A DNA stretch of 60,355 nt, from assembly GCA_012522275.1 (NCBI GenBank), contig JAAYKU010000182.1:1-60355 (forward strand). The letters run 5' to 3'. A model generated the notes under the pieces. That model saw only the letters and a program-made list of their open reading frames with translations. It was not told the DNA's origin and did not search any database. The position numbers and the translations under genes were made by a program. Source of the stretch: Smithella sp. GTDB lineage: Bacteria; Desulfobacterota; Syntrophia; Syntrophales; Smithellaceae. Shown here in pieces: positions 30,150-40,679 of the stretch (its first letter is position 1; every line of letters starts with the position of its first letter).

Positions 30150-30599
30150 ATGAAAAAAATTGTCATTGCCGGTGACCACGGCGCGCTTGAATTGAAAGAC
30201 ACGCTCGTCGCTTTCCTGAAAAAAAAATATTTTTCAGTAAACGATCTGGGAACGTTCGGCAGCTCTTCCGTCGATTACCCGGACATGGCTAAAGTCGCCT
30301 GCGATGAATTCAACAAGGGTGGCTACAAATTCGGCATATTGCTTTGCGGCACGGGTATCGGCATTTCCATTGCGGCCAACAAAATAAAGGGCATCCGCTG
30401 CGCCCTGGTCCATAATCTTTTTACTGCGGAAATGGCCAAAGCACACAATAATGCCAACTTCATCGCCTTCGGCGGCCGTGTCCGGTACGACGTCCCGGTT
30501 ACGGAAATGATCGAAAAGTTCATCAGCACTTCCTACGAGGCAGGACGCCACGAAGCGCGCATCGCCAAGATAAACGCACTGGAGAATAACTGCTCCTGA
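30150..30599 (+). CDS. rpiB: Ribose-5-phosphate isomerase B
   Basis: DHG, VDYPD, CGTGIGISIAANK, HNNAN, GRH. Confidence 0.95.
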   Translation: MKKIVIAGDHGALELKDTLVAFLKKKYFSVNDLGTFGSSSVDYPDMAKVACDEFNKGGYKFGILLCGTGIGISIAANKIKGIRCALVHNLFTAEMAKAHNNANFIAFGGRVRYDVPVTEMIEKFISTSYEAGRHEARIAKINALENNCS

Positions 30600-30708
30600 G
30601 GCCGCCTTCTGATTCCGGCTGCACAATCGGCTCGACACAAACCACGACATTTGCCCCGGCAGATACTTGTCCGGAAAAACCCTTAGCCGGTCATTTCCCG
30701 AAGCGCCG

Positions 30709-31341
30709 TCAGGCCATTTGTGCGATTTCCCTGTAGCGGAAGCAGTCCGTGACATGGTCATTGACCATGCCTGACGCCTGCATAAAGGCGTAACAGATAG
30801 TCGAGCCGGTAAATTTAAAACCACGTTTTTTTAAATCACGGCTCATCAGGTCCGACTCCCTGGAGGTCGCGGGAAGCATGGATATATTTTTCCACTTATT
30901 TTGCAAAGGCCTGCCGTCAACATAGCGCCACAAAAAAGCGTCAAAGGAGCCGAACTCTTCGCGGATATCGAGCAGTGCTTTGGCATTGACGATCGCCGCT
31001 TCGATCTTGAGGCGGTTGCGGACAATGCCTGTGTCGCCCAGCAGGCGCTCAACATCTTTATTGTCATAGCGGGCGATTCGCCCGAAGTCGAAATTATCGA
31101 ATGCCCGGCGGTAATTTTCTCTTTTTTTCAAAATAGTGAACCAGCTTAGACCCGCCTGCGCCCCATCGAGGATGAGATGCTCGAACAACAGCCTGTCGTC
31201 ATGCACGGGGACGCCCCATTCACGGTCGTGATAGGCAACATACAGAGGATCGCTTCCGCACCAGGAGCATCTTTTGCGATCATCACTTCCGGCGTCTGAA
31301 ACAGTTTTCAATAATTTTTTATTCACAAAGTCGCTCCGCAA
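30709..31341 (-). CDS. tag: DNA-3-methyladenine glycosylase I
   Basis: RCSW, YHDREWG, QAGLSW, IVRNRLKI, MQASGMVNDH; start uncertain. Confidence 0.93.
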   Translation of the reverse strand: MRSDFVNKKLLKTVSDAGSDDRKRCSWCGSDPLYVAYHDREWGVPVHDDRLLFEHLILDGAQAGLSWFTILKKRENYRRAFDNFDFGRIARYDNKDVERLLGDTGIVRNRLKIEAAIVNAKALLDIREEFGSFDAFLWRYVDGRPLQNKWKNISMLPATSRESDLMSRDLKKRGFKFTGSTICYAFMQASGMVNDHVTDCFRYREIAQMA

Positions 31342-31434
31342 AACAAAAAATTTGACGCTGCCGTCGGCCGACCCTACAGGTTTGCGCGCATGATGTAAAG
31401 ATTCAGATAAGAAAATTCATTTTAACAGAAGCAC

Positions 31435-31472
31435 AAAAAAGGTGCCGGAGCCGCCACAGGGACGGCTCCGGC
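31435..31472 (-). terminator. Intrinsic terminator of hcp
   Basis: 10-bp stem GCCGGAGCCG/CGGCTCCGGC followed by a U-run on the minus strand. Confidence 0.7.
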
Positions 31473-31507
31473 GGAAAGGGAGTGAGAAGAAAGGGGTTGC
31501 TGCTCAC

Positions 31508-33151
31508 TCATCCCAGAATTGCTTTTAAATCCTCATCAGGCGTGGCAATCGGTTTGATTGCGAAATTCTCCACCAGGACATTCAGGACGTTGGGAGTGAT
31601 AAACGCAGGCAGTGACGGCCCCAGGCGGATGTCCTTGATGCCCAGATAAAGCAGGGTCAGTAAAATAGCCACCGCCTTTTGTTCATACCAGGACAGAATC
31701 ATCGACAGGGGCAGATCGTTCACGCCGCAGTTGAAAGCATCGGCCAGAGCAACTGCGATCTGGATGGCGGAATAAGCGTCGTTGCACTGTCCGATATCCA
31801 GAAGCCTCGGGATGCCGCCGATATCGCCTAATTCCATATCGAAGAAACGGAACTTCCCACAGGCAAGCGTCAGCACTACCGTATCTGGAGGCGCTTTTTC
31901 CACAAACTCCGTGTAGTAATTGCGCCCGGGCTTTGCCCCGTCGCAGCCGGCCACCAGGAAGAAATGACGGATCGCTTTGCCCTTGACGGCATCGATCACG
32001 GCTCCGGCGACATTCATCACCGCGTTGTGCCCGAAACCTACCATGACGGACTTCCCTTCGACATCTTCCGGAAATCCTGGCATGGAAAGCGCCTTTTCAA
32101 TCACGGGTGTGAAATCGTGATCTGCAATATGCGTCACGCCGGGCCAGCCGACCAGGCCGCAGGTGAAAATATTGTCTTTATATGAATCGCGCGGTCTTTG
32201 AATACAGTTGGTGGTCATCAGGATCGCGCCTGGAAATTCGGCAAACTCTTTCGCCTGATTCTGCCAGGCCGTACCGTAATGACCGTAGAAGTGCGGATAT
32301 TTTTTCAGTTCGGGGTAGCCGTGTGCAGGCAGCATTTCGCCGTGCGTGTATATGTTGATGCCCTTTCCTTCGGTCTGCTTTAAAAGATCGGATAAATCTT
32401 TCAAGTCATGGCCGGACACAAGTATCGCCTTACCCTTTTTGGCGCCCAGTGGGACCTTTGTCGGTACGGGATGGCCGAAGGCGCCTGTGTTGGCCGCGTC
32501 CAGAAGCTCCATCGTCCGCAGGTTGATCTCGCCGCACTTGAGTACCATGCCGATCCAGCCTTGCAGATCCAGATTTTCCCTGGCGATCGCCGCCAGCGCT
32601 TCATGAACAAAAGCATAAACCGCGTCGTCTTCATGACCCAGAATCTGCGCGTGATCCGCGTAGGCGGCCACGCCTTTAAGACCGAAAAGAACTATGTGCT
32701 TGAGAGATTCAATATCCGCGTTTGCCCCGGCAGCCGGTTTGAGAGACGCCGCGTCCGCCTGGGCAATCAGCCCCTCAACCGTCTTTTCCGGGCGGTAAGT
32801 CACACAGGCTGGTTTTTCATCAACGGCCGCGCCGGCTTTTATTGCTCTGTCTTTCAGGGCATCGCGAAACGCAACCGCCTTGCCGATCAATTCCACAAAA
32901 CGCGCAGGATCAAAATCGACATTGGTAAGGGTCGAAAAAAGAGCTTTGACCGTAAAAACATCGACTTCACGGTCGGTAATGCCTGCTTTACGGGCATCCA
33001 CCGCCACTACCGAAAGCCCCTCCAGAGCGTAAACAAGCAGGTCCTGAAGTGCAGACACTTCGGCATCTTTACCGCACACACCTGCCTTTACGCATGCTTC
33101 TCCTTTTGCCGTCTGTTCGCACTGGTAACAAAACATTGCCAAATTTTCCAT
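31508..33151 (-). CDS. hcp: Hybrid cluster protein (hydroxylamine/NO reductase)
   Basis: MFCYQCEQT..C...GVCGK, SGHDL, THGEM, GCDG, GQCND, WYEQKA. Confidence 0.97.
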   Translation of the reverse strand: MENLAMFCYQCEQTAKGEACVKAGVCGKDAEVSALQDLLVYALEGLSVVAVDARKAGITDREVDVFTVKALFSTLTNVDFDPARFVELIGKAVAFRDALKDRAIKAGAAVDEKPACVTYRPEKTVEGLIAQADAASLKPAAGANADIESLKHIVLFGLKGVAAYADHAQILGHEDDAVYAFVHEALAAIARENLDLQGWIGMVLKCGEINLRTMELLDAANTGAFGHPVPTKVPLGAKKGKAILVSGHDLKDLSDLLKQTEGKGINIYTHGEMLPAHGYPELKKYPHFYGHYGTAWQNQAKEFAEFPGAILMTTNCIQRPRDSYKDNIFTCGLVGWPGVTHIADHDFTPVIEKALSMPGFPEDVEGKSVMVGFGHNAVMNVAGAVIDAVKGKAIRHFFLVAGCDGAKPGRNYYTEFVEKAPPDTVVLTLACGKFRFFDMELGDIGGIPRLLDIGQCNDAYSAIQIAVALADAFNCGVNDLPLSMILSWYEQKAVAILLTLLYLGIKDIRLGPSLPAFITPNVLNVLVENFAIKPIATPDEDLKAILG

Positions 33152-33219
33152 CAAATGAGTCTCCTTTTCATTTTCGTTCTTTTGACAGCATTGATTAATG
33201 TATCTCGGGCAGTTGCGCC

Positions 33220-33233
33220 TTGACTTAAGTCAA
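33220..33233. promoter_or_regulatory. HcpR/FNR-type operator
   Basis: Perfect palindrome TTGAC-TTAA-GTCAA between divergent hcp and the Crp/Fnr gene. Confidence 0.75.
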
Positions 33234-33268
33234 ACTTCAGTGCTATTTTTTTTAAAAGGAAATAATTT

Positions 33269-33955
33269 ATGGATATGACATCAATTATCGCGGGGCTTCC
33301 TCTTTTTCAAGGCCTCGCGCCCCATCAAAACGCGACACTGGCCGGCATCGCCCAGAGACGATATTATTCCAAAGGACAGATTTTCTTCTCTGAAGGGGAC
33401 AATGCCGACGGTTTCTACATAATACTTTCCGGCAGAGTAAAAATCTTCAAACTCTCCCCCGACGGGAAAGAACAGATTTTCCACATCCTGGAGGCGCCGG
33501 AACCTTTCGGCGAAGCGGCGGTTTTCTCCGGGGAGAACTTTCCTGCGTCCGCCACGGCACTTGTCGAAACACCCGTTCTTTTCTTTCCGGCCGGAAAATT
33601 CACAGGCCTCATCCGCCAGGACCCCATCTTGGCTTTATCCATGCTCGGTCTTTTGTCATTGAGGCTGCGCAAACTTACCACACTGGTGGAAAACCTGTCT
33701 CTTAAGGAAGTGCCGGCAAGACTGGCAGCCTATCTTCTGTATCAGAGCCGGGACAACGAGCATAAGCCTGTAATCGAGCTGGATGTGTCTAAAAACCAGA
33801 TGGCCGGCCTTCTGGGCACAATTCCGGAAACACTTTCGCGCATTCTCAAGCGCATGGCAGAGGAAAATCTGATAAAAACAGATGCACGAACGATTACTAT
33901 TTTGAACCGAAAGCATCTGACCGACCTGGCAGAGGGATTGAGAAAACTGAGCTGA
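33269..33955 (+). CDS. hcpR: Crp/Fnr family regulator (HcpR-like)
   Basis: cNMP-binding fold (FGEAAVF) and HTH GTIPETLSR; divergent from hcp. Confidence 0.8.
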   Translation: MDMTSIIAGLPLFQGLAPHQNATLAGIAQRRYYSKGQIFFSEGDNADGFYIILSGRVKIFKLSPDGKEQIFHILEAPEPFGEAAVFSGENFPASATALVETPVLFFPAGKFTGLIRQDPILALSMLGLLSLRLRKLTTLVENLSLKEVPARLAAYLLYQSRDNEHKPVIELDVSKNQMAGLLGTIPETLSRILKRMAEENLIKTDARTITILNRKHLTDLAEGLRKLS

Positions 33956-33996
33956 TCATCACACACGCCCGACCATTGCCTTTTTATGGATAAAAT

Positions 33997-34857
33997 ATGG
34001 ACGCTCATCCGGACAGAAAAAAAATTCGTCAGGTATTCCGTAACGTGCAAAGGCACCAGCACATCGAAAAACTCATCCGCCAATTCTCCTCAAACAAAAA
34101 CGATATCCGCCACATGGCACTAGACAGGGCAGACACTTCTTCGTGCCGTCAGGTTCTGGAGCTCGGCTGCGCGTTCGGCGCCTTCACCGAGGCTTTGAAA
34201 GGGAGGCTGCACCCTGACGCGTTTATCACCGGTCTGGACATGATTGCCGAATACGAGCCCTTCTTTCTGGAGGCGTGCCGGCGCGCAGGCTACAGGGGCA
34301 CCTTTTCCGCAGCAGGCGTGGAAGCCATAAAAAAGTATCCGCCCGCTTCTTTCGACCTCATTGTCTGCAGCTATGCCCTGTATTTTTTTGTCGAGATGAT
34401 CCCGTATATCTGCCGCATTTTGAAAAAAAACGGTATGTTCATCACCATTACCCACGACGAATGCAATATGCAGGAGCTGATTCACATCACCCGCGCCGTA
34501 CTTAAGGAAAACCACCTGCTCGATAATGACCGCCTTTTGCCGGTCGAAGTAATTATAGGTCAATTTTCAGCAAATAACGCAGAGGATCTGCTTGCGCCCT
34601 ATTTCGGCGGTGTACGCCGGTTTGACTTTCAAAACACGCTTGTTTTTCAGCCGTGGGATATCTTTTTCTTCGTGGACTATTACCAGTTCAAAAGCCCACT
34701 GTTTCTCACAGGAACGGGGGCGCATAAAGAGGAGCTCGTACGCCAGATGCTCGCCAGGGTCCAGGATATGGGGGTGGGACGCAAAGAGATCTCCATGTGT
34801 AAGGACGACGCGATTTTTATCTGTGACAACCCCCTGCACCGAAAGGATATACGATGA
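33997..34857 (+). CDS. Class I SAM-dependent methyltransferase
   Basis: VLELGCAFG motif I, ITGLD, SFDLIVC, LKKNG. Confidence 0.8.
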   Translation: MDAHPDRKKIRQVFRNVQRHQHIEKLIRQFSSNKNDIRHMALDRADTSSCRQVLELGCAFGAFTEALKGRLHPDAFITGLDMIAEYEPFFLEACRRAGYRGTFSAAGVEAIKKYPPASFDLIVCSYALYFFVEMIPYICRILKKNGMFITITHDECNMQELIHITRAVLKENHLLDNDRLLPVEVIIGQFSANNAEDLLAPYFGGVRRFDFQNTLVFQPWDIFFFVDYYQFKSPLFLTGTGAHKEELVRQMLARVQDMGVGRKEISMCKDDAIFICDNPLHRKDIR

Positions 34858-35942
34858 AAAAAAAGCGCAATTTCTGTCCCCATTGCGGAGGTCGGATCAC
34901 CAAGGAAGAAGAGGATCATGTGGCAAGAGACTGCTGTTCGAGCTGTCACAGCTTTTTTTATGACAACCCTCTGCCGGTTGTTTCAGCGATCGTCGATGAC
35001 AACAGGCAAATCCTCCTGGTGAAACGCGACCGCCCGCCCTCCAAGGGACGATGGTGCCTGCCTACCGGCTTTGCCGAAGCGGGCGAGAGCATCGAAGAGG
35101 CGGTACTGCGTGAATTGCGTGAAGAAACGGGCATAAAGGGAAAAATCAGCCGCCTTCTGGACGTCGATTCCTACAAAAGCCGCTTTTACGGTGATCTCCT
35201 TTTCCTTACCTTTATCGTGGAAAAAAGAACCGGCAAACCGGTGGCGGGAGATGACAGTGCTCAGGCGCGTTTCTTTCCGATTAATAAAATTCCGGCCCTG
35301 GCCTTCAGATCCAACAGGCGGGCGCTCGACAGATATATAAAGATCAAGAAAGACTACTGGGCGGTTGTTGATGCCCTCGACGCCCAGGACGGGAAAAAAG
35401 CTTCCGCCCGGAGCACCGGCAGCCCCATGACGCAGCGCGTGATGAACGTGATCATGAGAAACAGGGAAAAAATGATTCAGCAGTGGATCGAGGATATCAC
35501 CACCAATCCCTCCACACCGGAATATCACGTATATGAAAACAAGGTGCTTTATAAGATATGCGAAAAAGTCATTTCACAAATAACGCTCTGGCTCGGTCAG
35601 GCTTTCAGCATTGACCGCATCCGTACTTTCTACACGAGACTCGGCGCGGAAAGAAAGAAATCCGGCGTTACAATAAGCGGCGTCTTGAGCGGACTTAGCC
35701 TGATCCGCAAACATATCTGGGGTGTCGCCCTGGCCGAAGGAGCGCTCCAGAAAAATCTCGACTTGTACATGACCTTTGAGCTGCAAAGACGCATGACCAT
35801 TTTCTTTGATCTGGCCACTTTCCATATGACACGCGGTTATGAAGGAAATTCAAATATTGAGCGGGAAAAATCCACACCGCCGGAGAAGCCTCATGGCTCC
35901 CGCCGGCGGCGCGTTGGAAAGGAGGGAGTTAAAAATCCTTAA
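34854..35942 (+). CDS. Zinc-ribbon NUDIX hydrolase with a C-terminal helical (RsbRD_N-like) domain
   Basis: CPHCG..CSSC, Nudix box [22 protein letters not shown], then ~150-aa helical extension; ATGA overlap with the methyltransferase. Confidence 0.8.
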   Translation: MKKKRNFCPHCGGRITKEEEDHVARDCCSSCHSFFYDNPLPVVSAIVDDNRQILLVKRDRPPSKGRWCLPTGFAEAGESIEEAVLRELREETGIKGKISRLLDVDSYKSRFYGDLLFLTFIVEKRTGKPVAGDDSAQARFFPINKIPALAFRSNRRALDRYIKIKKDYWAVVDALDAQDGKKASARSTGSPMTQRVMNVIMRNREKMIQQWIEDITTNPSTPEYHVYENKVLYKICEKVISQITLWLGQAFSIDRIRTFYTRLGAERKKSGVTISGVLSGLSLIRKHIWGVALAEGALQKNLDLYMTFELQRRMTIFFDLATFHMTRGYEGNSNIEREKSTPPEKPHGSRRRRVGKEGVKNP

Positions 35943-37161
35943 AGTCGTCATCATCGAAAGGAATGACCTGCTCCGGCCGCCCGACTTTGCCTGACGCAGG
36001 CGGCGCGGCCAGCGCTTTCTTTTTCTGACTTTTTACAGCGGCAGAGGGCTTTGCGGCAGGCCCGGTTATTTTCCCGGTCACCTTTTTAATCATTTTCCCG
36101 CTGGAAATGGCGGGGGCCTGGGAAGAAAAGGAGACGCGGGAGGTAGCGATACTGAGCCTGGTGCCGACCATGCCGGCCAGCTCACCCAATCTTTTTTCCA
36201 TTGTACTCACTTCGGAATTCATTGATTCTGCGGCGGCGGCGGAAGATTCCGCGCTGTGCGCCGTCTGCTGCACAACCTTGTCCATCTCTGCGATGGCCCG
36301 GTTGATCTGCGCGATGCCGTGAGCCTGTTCCTGAGAGGCGGTGGCGATTTCATCGACCAGCTGGCTTATTTTAGCCGATGAAGCGATATTGTCCTTAAAA
36401 GCCTCCTGTGTATAACCGGTAAGTTCATTGCCGTTTTTAACTGCTTTCATTGTGTTTTCAATCAGTTCACTGGTGTTTTTAGCCGCCTCCGCCGAGCGCA
36501 TGGCCAGGTTACGCACCTCATCTGCCACCACGGCGAAGCCTGCCCCTGCCTCACCGGCCCTTGCCGCTTCCACCGCGGCGTTTAGCGCCAGCAGGTTGGT
36601 CTGGAAGGCGATCTCGTCGATCGTTTTGATAATTTTCCCCGTTTCCTCCGATGATTTGGTAATTTCCGCGATGGCCTTGGCCATATCGTCCATGTGACGG
36701 TTCACTTTTTCGACAATCTGGCTTGCCTCGTGCATCATCGCCCTGGCCTGGGTAGCATTGTCCGCATTTTGTTTGGTCATGGCCGAAAGCTCCTCAAGTG
36801 AGGAGGAGGATTCTTCCAGTGAGGAAGCCTGGGAACCGGCCCCTTCCGCAAGCCGGCGCGCCGAAGAAAACACCTGGGCGGAGCCTGCCGACACATTTTG
36901 TATAATATCCACGGCTCCTTTCACGGAATCAACAACCGGCGCCACAATTTTACGGGAAAAATGGAACCCCATACCCACAATAAACGCGATGAACAGGACC
37001 ATAAAGAACCCGGTAACCCGCATGTATCGGTTGACCATGGCGATATTTTCGCTGTCCACATTGTAAAGCTGATAAATGGCCATTAACCCCAGCACCAGGA
37101 TCATCGCCGCCTGCCCCAAAATGGCCACCCTGAGTTTTAATGCAATTGCACCTTGTCCCAT
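35929..37161 (-). CDS. Methyl-accepting chemotaxis protein
   Basis: [34 protein letters not shown] hairpin; C-terminal DFKDF pentapeptide-like tail. Confidence 0.93.
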   Translation of the reverse strand: MGQGAIALKLRVAILGQAAMILVLGLMAIYQLYNVDSENIAMVNRYMRVTGFFMVLFIAFIVGMGFHFSRKIVAPVVDSVKGAVDIIQNVSAGSAQVFSSARRLAEGAGSQASSLEESSSSLEELSAMTKQNADNATQARAMMHEASQIVEKVNRHMDDMAKAIAEITKSSEETGKIIKTIDEIAFQTNLLALNAAVEAARAGEAGAGFAVVADEVRNLAMRSAEAAKNTSELIENTMKAVKNGNELTGYTQEAFKDNIASSAKISQLVDEIATASQEQAHGIAQINRAIAEMDKVVQQTAHSAESSAAAAESMNSEVSTMEKRLGELAGMVGTRLSIATSRVSFSSQAPAISSGKMIKKVTGKITGPAAKPSAAVKSQKKKALAAPPASGKVGRPEQVIPFDDDDFKDF

Positions 37162-37201
37162 AATAAGTCTCCTTGTCCGCAATTATGAACTACAATTCTT
37201 T

Positions 37202-37702
37202 TTATTTCAGGGCGATAATATCGTCCGCGTTCATGACACGGTCGATGTCGAGCAGAATTTTGATCTTACCGCCTGTTTTGGCCATTCCCAGTATGTAGTC
37301 CGTATTGAGGCTGGTTCCGAAATTGGGAGTCTCTTCTATATCCGCCCCCTTTATGTTCAACACCTCGGAAACTGAATCCACAAGGATGCCAATCAGTATA
37401 TTGCCGTTTTCCTTGGCGATTTCTATGACGATAATACAGGTCCTCTCCGTGTATTCCATGTCCGGCAGACCAAACTTCAACCTCAAATCAATGACCGGAA
37501 TGACTTTGCCCCTGAGATTGATCACTCCCTTGATATGGGGCGGTGTCTGAGGCACGGTTGTAATGGCGATCATGCCGATTATTTCTTTGACTTTCAGAAT
37601 CCCGATGCCGTATTCCTCGTCCGCCAGTGTGAAAGTTAAATACTTTCCTTCTGTGGTGTTTGCGCTGCCCCCCCGCAATTCAGTTGCTGCGGCTGTATCC
37701 AT
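37202..37702 (-). CDS. cheW: Chemotaxis coupling protein CheW
   Basis: YLTFTL, GVINLRGKVIPVIDLR, GILVDSVSEV. Confidence 0.95.
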   Translation of the reverse strand: MDTAAATELRGGSANTTEGKYLTFTLADEEYGIGILKVKEIIGMIAITTVPQTPPHIKGVINLRGKVIPVIDLRLKFGLPDMEYTERTCIIVIEIAKENGNILIGILVDSVSEVLNIKGADIEETPNFGTSLNTDYILGMAKTGGKIKILLDIDRVMNADDIIALK

Positions 37703-38126
37703 AGCCCGACCTCCCGTTTTGGTGAAAAAATTTTAAGGTAAAGAAGCCTTTACTAGTCTTATAACGGCAAATTTCAGAAATACTTGAGCATCATCATTAC
37801 AATATTTGTTTCTTACTCTTTCTTCGTATAACCATGAATAAATACAAGTGCTTAAAATATCCAGCGACAGCCCGCCCAGTAAACACGCAAAAGACCCCAA
37901 ACCTCCCCCCATGCGCTCAAAAGGGTGGCCGGCCGCATGCAAGCAGTTTTTCCACAGCACAGTTCGGGCCGTCATCTTCAACACTCGCTTTCCATGCCTG
38001 TTTAATGCTATTGACATCAAATCATCTGCCGTGATAGACATGGAACGACTTGATCAGACACTGATGGTAATTTTATATTTTCACTGTCAGTTTTAGCCAT
38101 TTTACAAAATTAACAAGGAGCTGCCT

Positions 38127-38501
38127 TTGAAACTTTCCGAAGTAAAAGATATCCTGGATGCGGAAGTTATAGTGGGAGAAGAATGTCTTGACCTGGAGGT
38201 AAAAACCGCCTTCGGCGCCGACCTGATGAGTGATGTGCTCGCTTACGCCAAAGCCGGCAGTATGCTTTTGACCGGCCTGACCAACACTCAGGTGGTACGC
38301 ACCGCCAACGTTCTGGACATAGCCGCAATTATTCTGGTACGCGGCAAAAAGCCCTCGCAGGAAACGGTCAGTCTCGCCCAGGAACTGAAAATCCCCATTC
38401 TGACCACTAAATACATATTATTTGAGACGGCGGGCCGCCTGTATCTGAAAGGTATTGTCGGCTGCCTGCCTAAAGTTGAAAGCACCAGTGGAAGAAACTA
38501 A
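38127..38501 (+). CDS. DRTGG-domain protein
   Basis: GADLMSDVL, LLTGLTNTQVVRTA, VRGKKP; AAGGAG RBS. Confidence 0.85.
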   Translation: MKLSEVKDILDAEVIVGEECLDLEVKTAFGADLMSDVLAYAKAGSMLLTGLTNTQVVRTANVLDIAAIILVRGKKPSQETVSLAQELKIPILTTKYILFETAGRLYLKGIVGCLPKVESTSGRN

Positions 38502-38925
38502 CCGAAACATCTATTCAGGACAATTTGATATAGAGGGCGGAAATTTCAATGCCGCCGGCACTGTATCGACCAGCATCAAGTCCATTTTAAAAAAACTAAA
38601 CATCCCGGGTGAAATCGTTCGCAAAGCCGCCATTGTCTCCTATGAAGCGGAAATCAATGTCGTATCCTATGCGAAAAAAGCCGTGGTCAGACTGACGGTT
38701 GCCCCGAAAAAGGTGCACATTGAAGTCGATGATACGGGTCCGGGCATCCCGAATATCGAACTGGCCATGCAGGAGGGCTACTCGACCGCCGATCAGCGGA
38801 TACGGGAAATGGGCTTCGGCGCCGGCATGGGATTGAGCAATATCAAAAATTATTCTGATGAATTTCACATTGAATCTGAAGTCGGCAAGGGAACACGCCT
38901 GCAGATGACGATTCAAACGCCATAA
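38488..38925 (+). CDS. RsbT/SpoIIAB-like Ser/Thr kinase (HATPase)
   Basis: YEAEINVV, DTGPGIPNIELAMQEGYST, GFGAGMGL, GKGT; start uncertain. Confidence 0.85.
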   Translation: MEETNRNIYSGQFDIEGGNFNAAGTVSTSIKSILKKLNIPGEIVRKAAIVSYEAEINVVSYAKKAVVRLTVAPKKVHIEVDDTGPGIPNIELAMQEGYSTADQRIREMGFGAGMGLSNIKNYSDEFHIESEVGKGTRLQMTIQTP

Positions 38926-38946
38926 CTTGTTGCAAAGGGTTTGATT

Positions 38947-39288
38947 ATGAAAACCGAAAAGATCGTTCAGGAACTGGGGCTGGATGTCAAATGCGGCGGG
39001 GATTATCTGGACAAGAAGGTGACCGGGGGATACACAGGCGATCTGCTCAGCGATGTCATGGGAAATTCCAAAGAGGGGTATATCTGGATTACACGCCAGG
39101 TGCATCAGAATATTGTCGCCGTCGCCTCGCTCAAGGAGCTTGCCGGTATAATACTGATCAACTCGAGTGAACCGACTCGCGAGACGTTGGAAAAAGCCGA
39201 AGCCGAAGGGATTCCCATTATGGTTTCCAATCTGCCCGCCTTTGAAATATCAGGTAAAATTTACAATCTTCTGATGTCCGAAATCTGA
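38947..39288 (+). CDS. DRTGG-domain protein
   Basis: GGYTGDLLSDVM, WITRQVHQNIVAVA. Confidence 0.85.
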   Translation: MKTEKIVQELGLDVKCGGDYLDKKVTGGYTGDLLSDVMGNSKEGYIWITRQVHQNIVAVASLKELAGIILINSSEPTRETLEKAEAEGIPIMVSNLPAFEISGKIYNLLMSEI

Positions 39289-39360
39289 TATTGACAAGCT
39301 TTTTACGGGTGGTCAAAGACGACAACCGGTTCATTATCAAACCACCGGTGGGGCGGACTG

Positions 39361-40098
39361 ATGCTGAATCCTTATAACTGCGATCTTCATATCCACACCT
39401 GCCTGTCGCCGTGCGCCGAGCTGGACATGCACCCGCAGACTATCGTACAAAAAGCACTGGAAAAAAAAATCGACATGATCGCTGTAAGCGACCACAATGC
39501 TTCGGCCAACGCACGCTTCGTCATGGCGGCGGCGGCCGGCAAACCGTTGGAAGTCATTCCCGCAATGGAGATCACCACCAGCGAAGAAGTTCATCTGCTG
39601 GCTTTGTTCAGAAGGCTCCTCGATCTTGAGCAAATGCAGGTGATTATTGACGAACACCTCTTTGGCGAAAATGACGAAGAACGTTTCGGCCTTCAGGCCA
39701 TCGTCAACGAGCTGGGAGAAGTGGAAGGGTTTAACAACCAATTGCTCATCGGCGCAACCGATCTGCCTATTGATGATGTTATCGCTGAGATTCACCGCCT
39801 CGACGGCCTGGCCATTGCCGCTCATATCGACCGGGAAAGTTTCAGTGTATTGAGCCAGCTGGGGTTCATCGACGACGGCTGGAGGCTTGACGCACTGGAA
39901 ATCTCGAAAAGAACAGGCCTTAAACGCGGTCGCACGCAATATCCACAATTGCAACACTATCCCTTTATCACCTCTTCCGACGCTCATTTCGTTGACGACA
40001 TCGGCACTTCGATGACCAGAATAATGATGGAAACACCGGGCTTTGACGAATTAAAAATGGCTTTGAGCGGACAAAACGGCCGCCTCGTTGTGGAGTGA
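39361..40098 (+). CDS. PHP-family phosphoesterase
   Basis: DLHIHT, SDHN, AHID and SSDAH metal ligands. Confidence 0.88.
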   Translation: MLNPYNCDLHIHTCLSPCAELDMHPQTIVQKALEKKIDMIAVSDHNASANARFVMAAAAGKPLEVIPAMEITTSEEVHLLALFRRLLDLEQMQVIIDEHLFGENDEERFGLQAIVNELGEVEGFNNQLLIGATDLPIDDVIAEIHRLDGLAIAAHIDRESFSVLSQLGFIDDGWRLDALEISKRTGLKRGRTQYPQLQHYPFITSSDAHFVDDIGTSMTRIMMETPGFDELKMALSGQNGRLVVE

Positions 40099-40649
40099 GG
40101 ATGCTGACACTTGCCGATCATATTCTGGACATCACGGAAAACTCCGTCCGCGCAGACGCCAGTCTGATTGAAATCAGTATCGATGAAGATACCGGAAAAG
40201 ATCTTCTCAAAGTGGAAATCAGAGATAACGGCAGCGGCATGAGCCCGGAAATGGTCAAAAAAGTGCTGGATCCGTTCTATACTACCAAAACCGTGCGACG
40301 AGTCGGCCTGGGACTTCCCCTTTTAAAAGATGCGGCCGAACGGTCGGGAGGGGGTTTTCACCTGGAATCATACGAAAATTCTGGGACAACGGTGAAAGCG
40401 ACCTTCGGTTTGCGTCATCTGGATCGCCAGCCTATGGGTGCTATAATTAACATAATGATAATTCTCATTATTTCTAATTCAGATGTTGATTTTTTTTACA
40501 AACACAGGCATAATGACCGCCGGTTTGAAATGGATACACGCGAAATTCGCAATGAAATTGAGGACGTGCCCATCAATCATCCCGAAATCATCAAATACAT
40601 AAGGGGCATCATGACCCAGGGTCTCGTCGAGATTCAATCTGAGGCATGA
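40095..40649 (+). CDS. Stand-alone histidine-kinase-like ATPase
   Basis: N box ENS, DNGSGM, DPFYTTK, GLGLP; no sensor domain. Confidence 0.85.
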   Translation: MRMLTLADHILDITENSVRADASLIEISIDEDTGKDLLKVEIRDNGSGMSPEMVKKVLDPFYTTKTVRRVGLGLPLLKDAAERSGGGFHLESYENSGTTVKATFGLRHLDRQPMGAIINIMIILIISNSDVDFFYKHRHNDRRFEMDTREIRNEIEDVPINHPEIIKYIRGIMTQGLVEIQSEA

Positions 40650-40679
40650 TACTTCCCGCCGAATTTAGGAGGAATACAA

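Noticed and set aside
38098-38118. Rex operator upstream of the DRTGG/redox operon
   Set aside because: Only one plausible half-site (TTAACAA); too degenerate to call.
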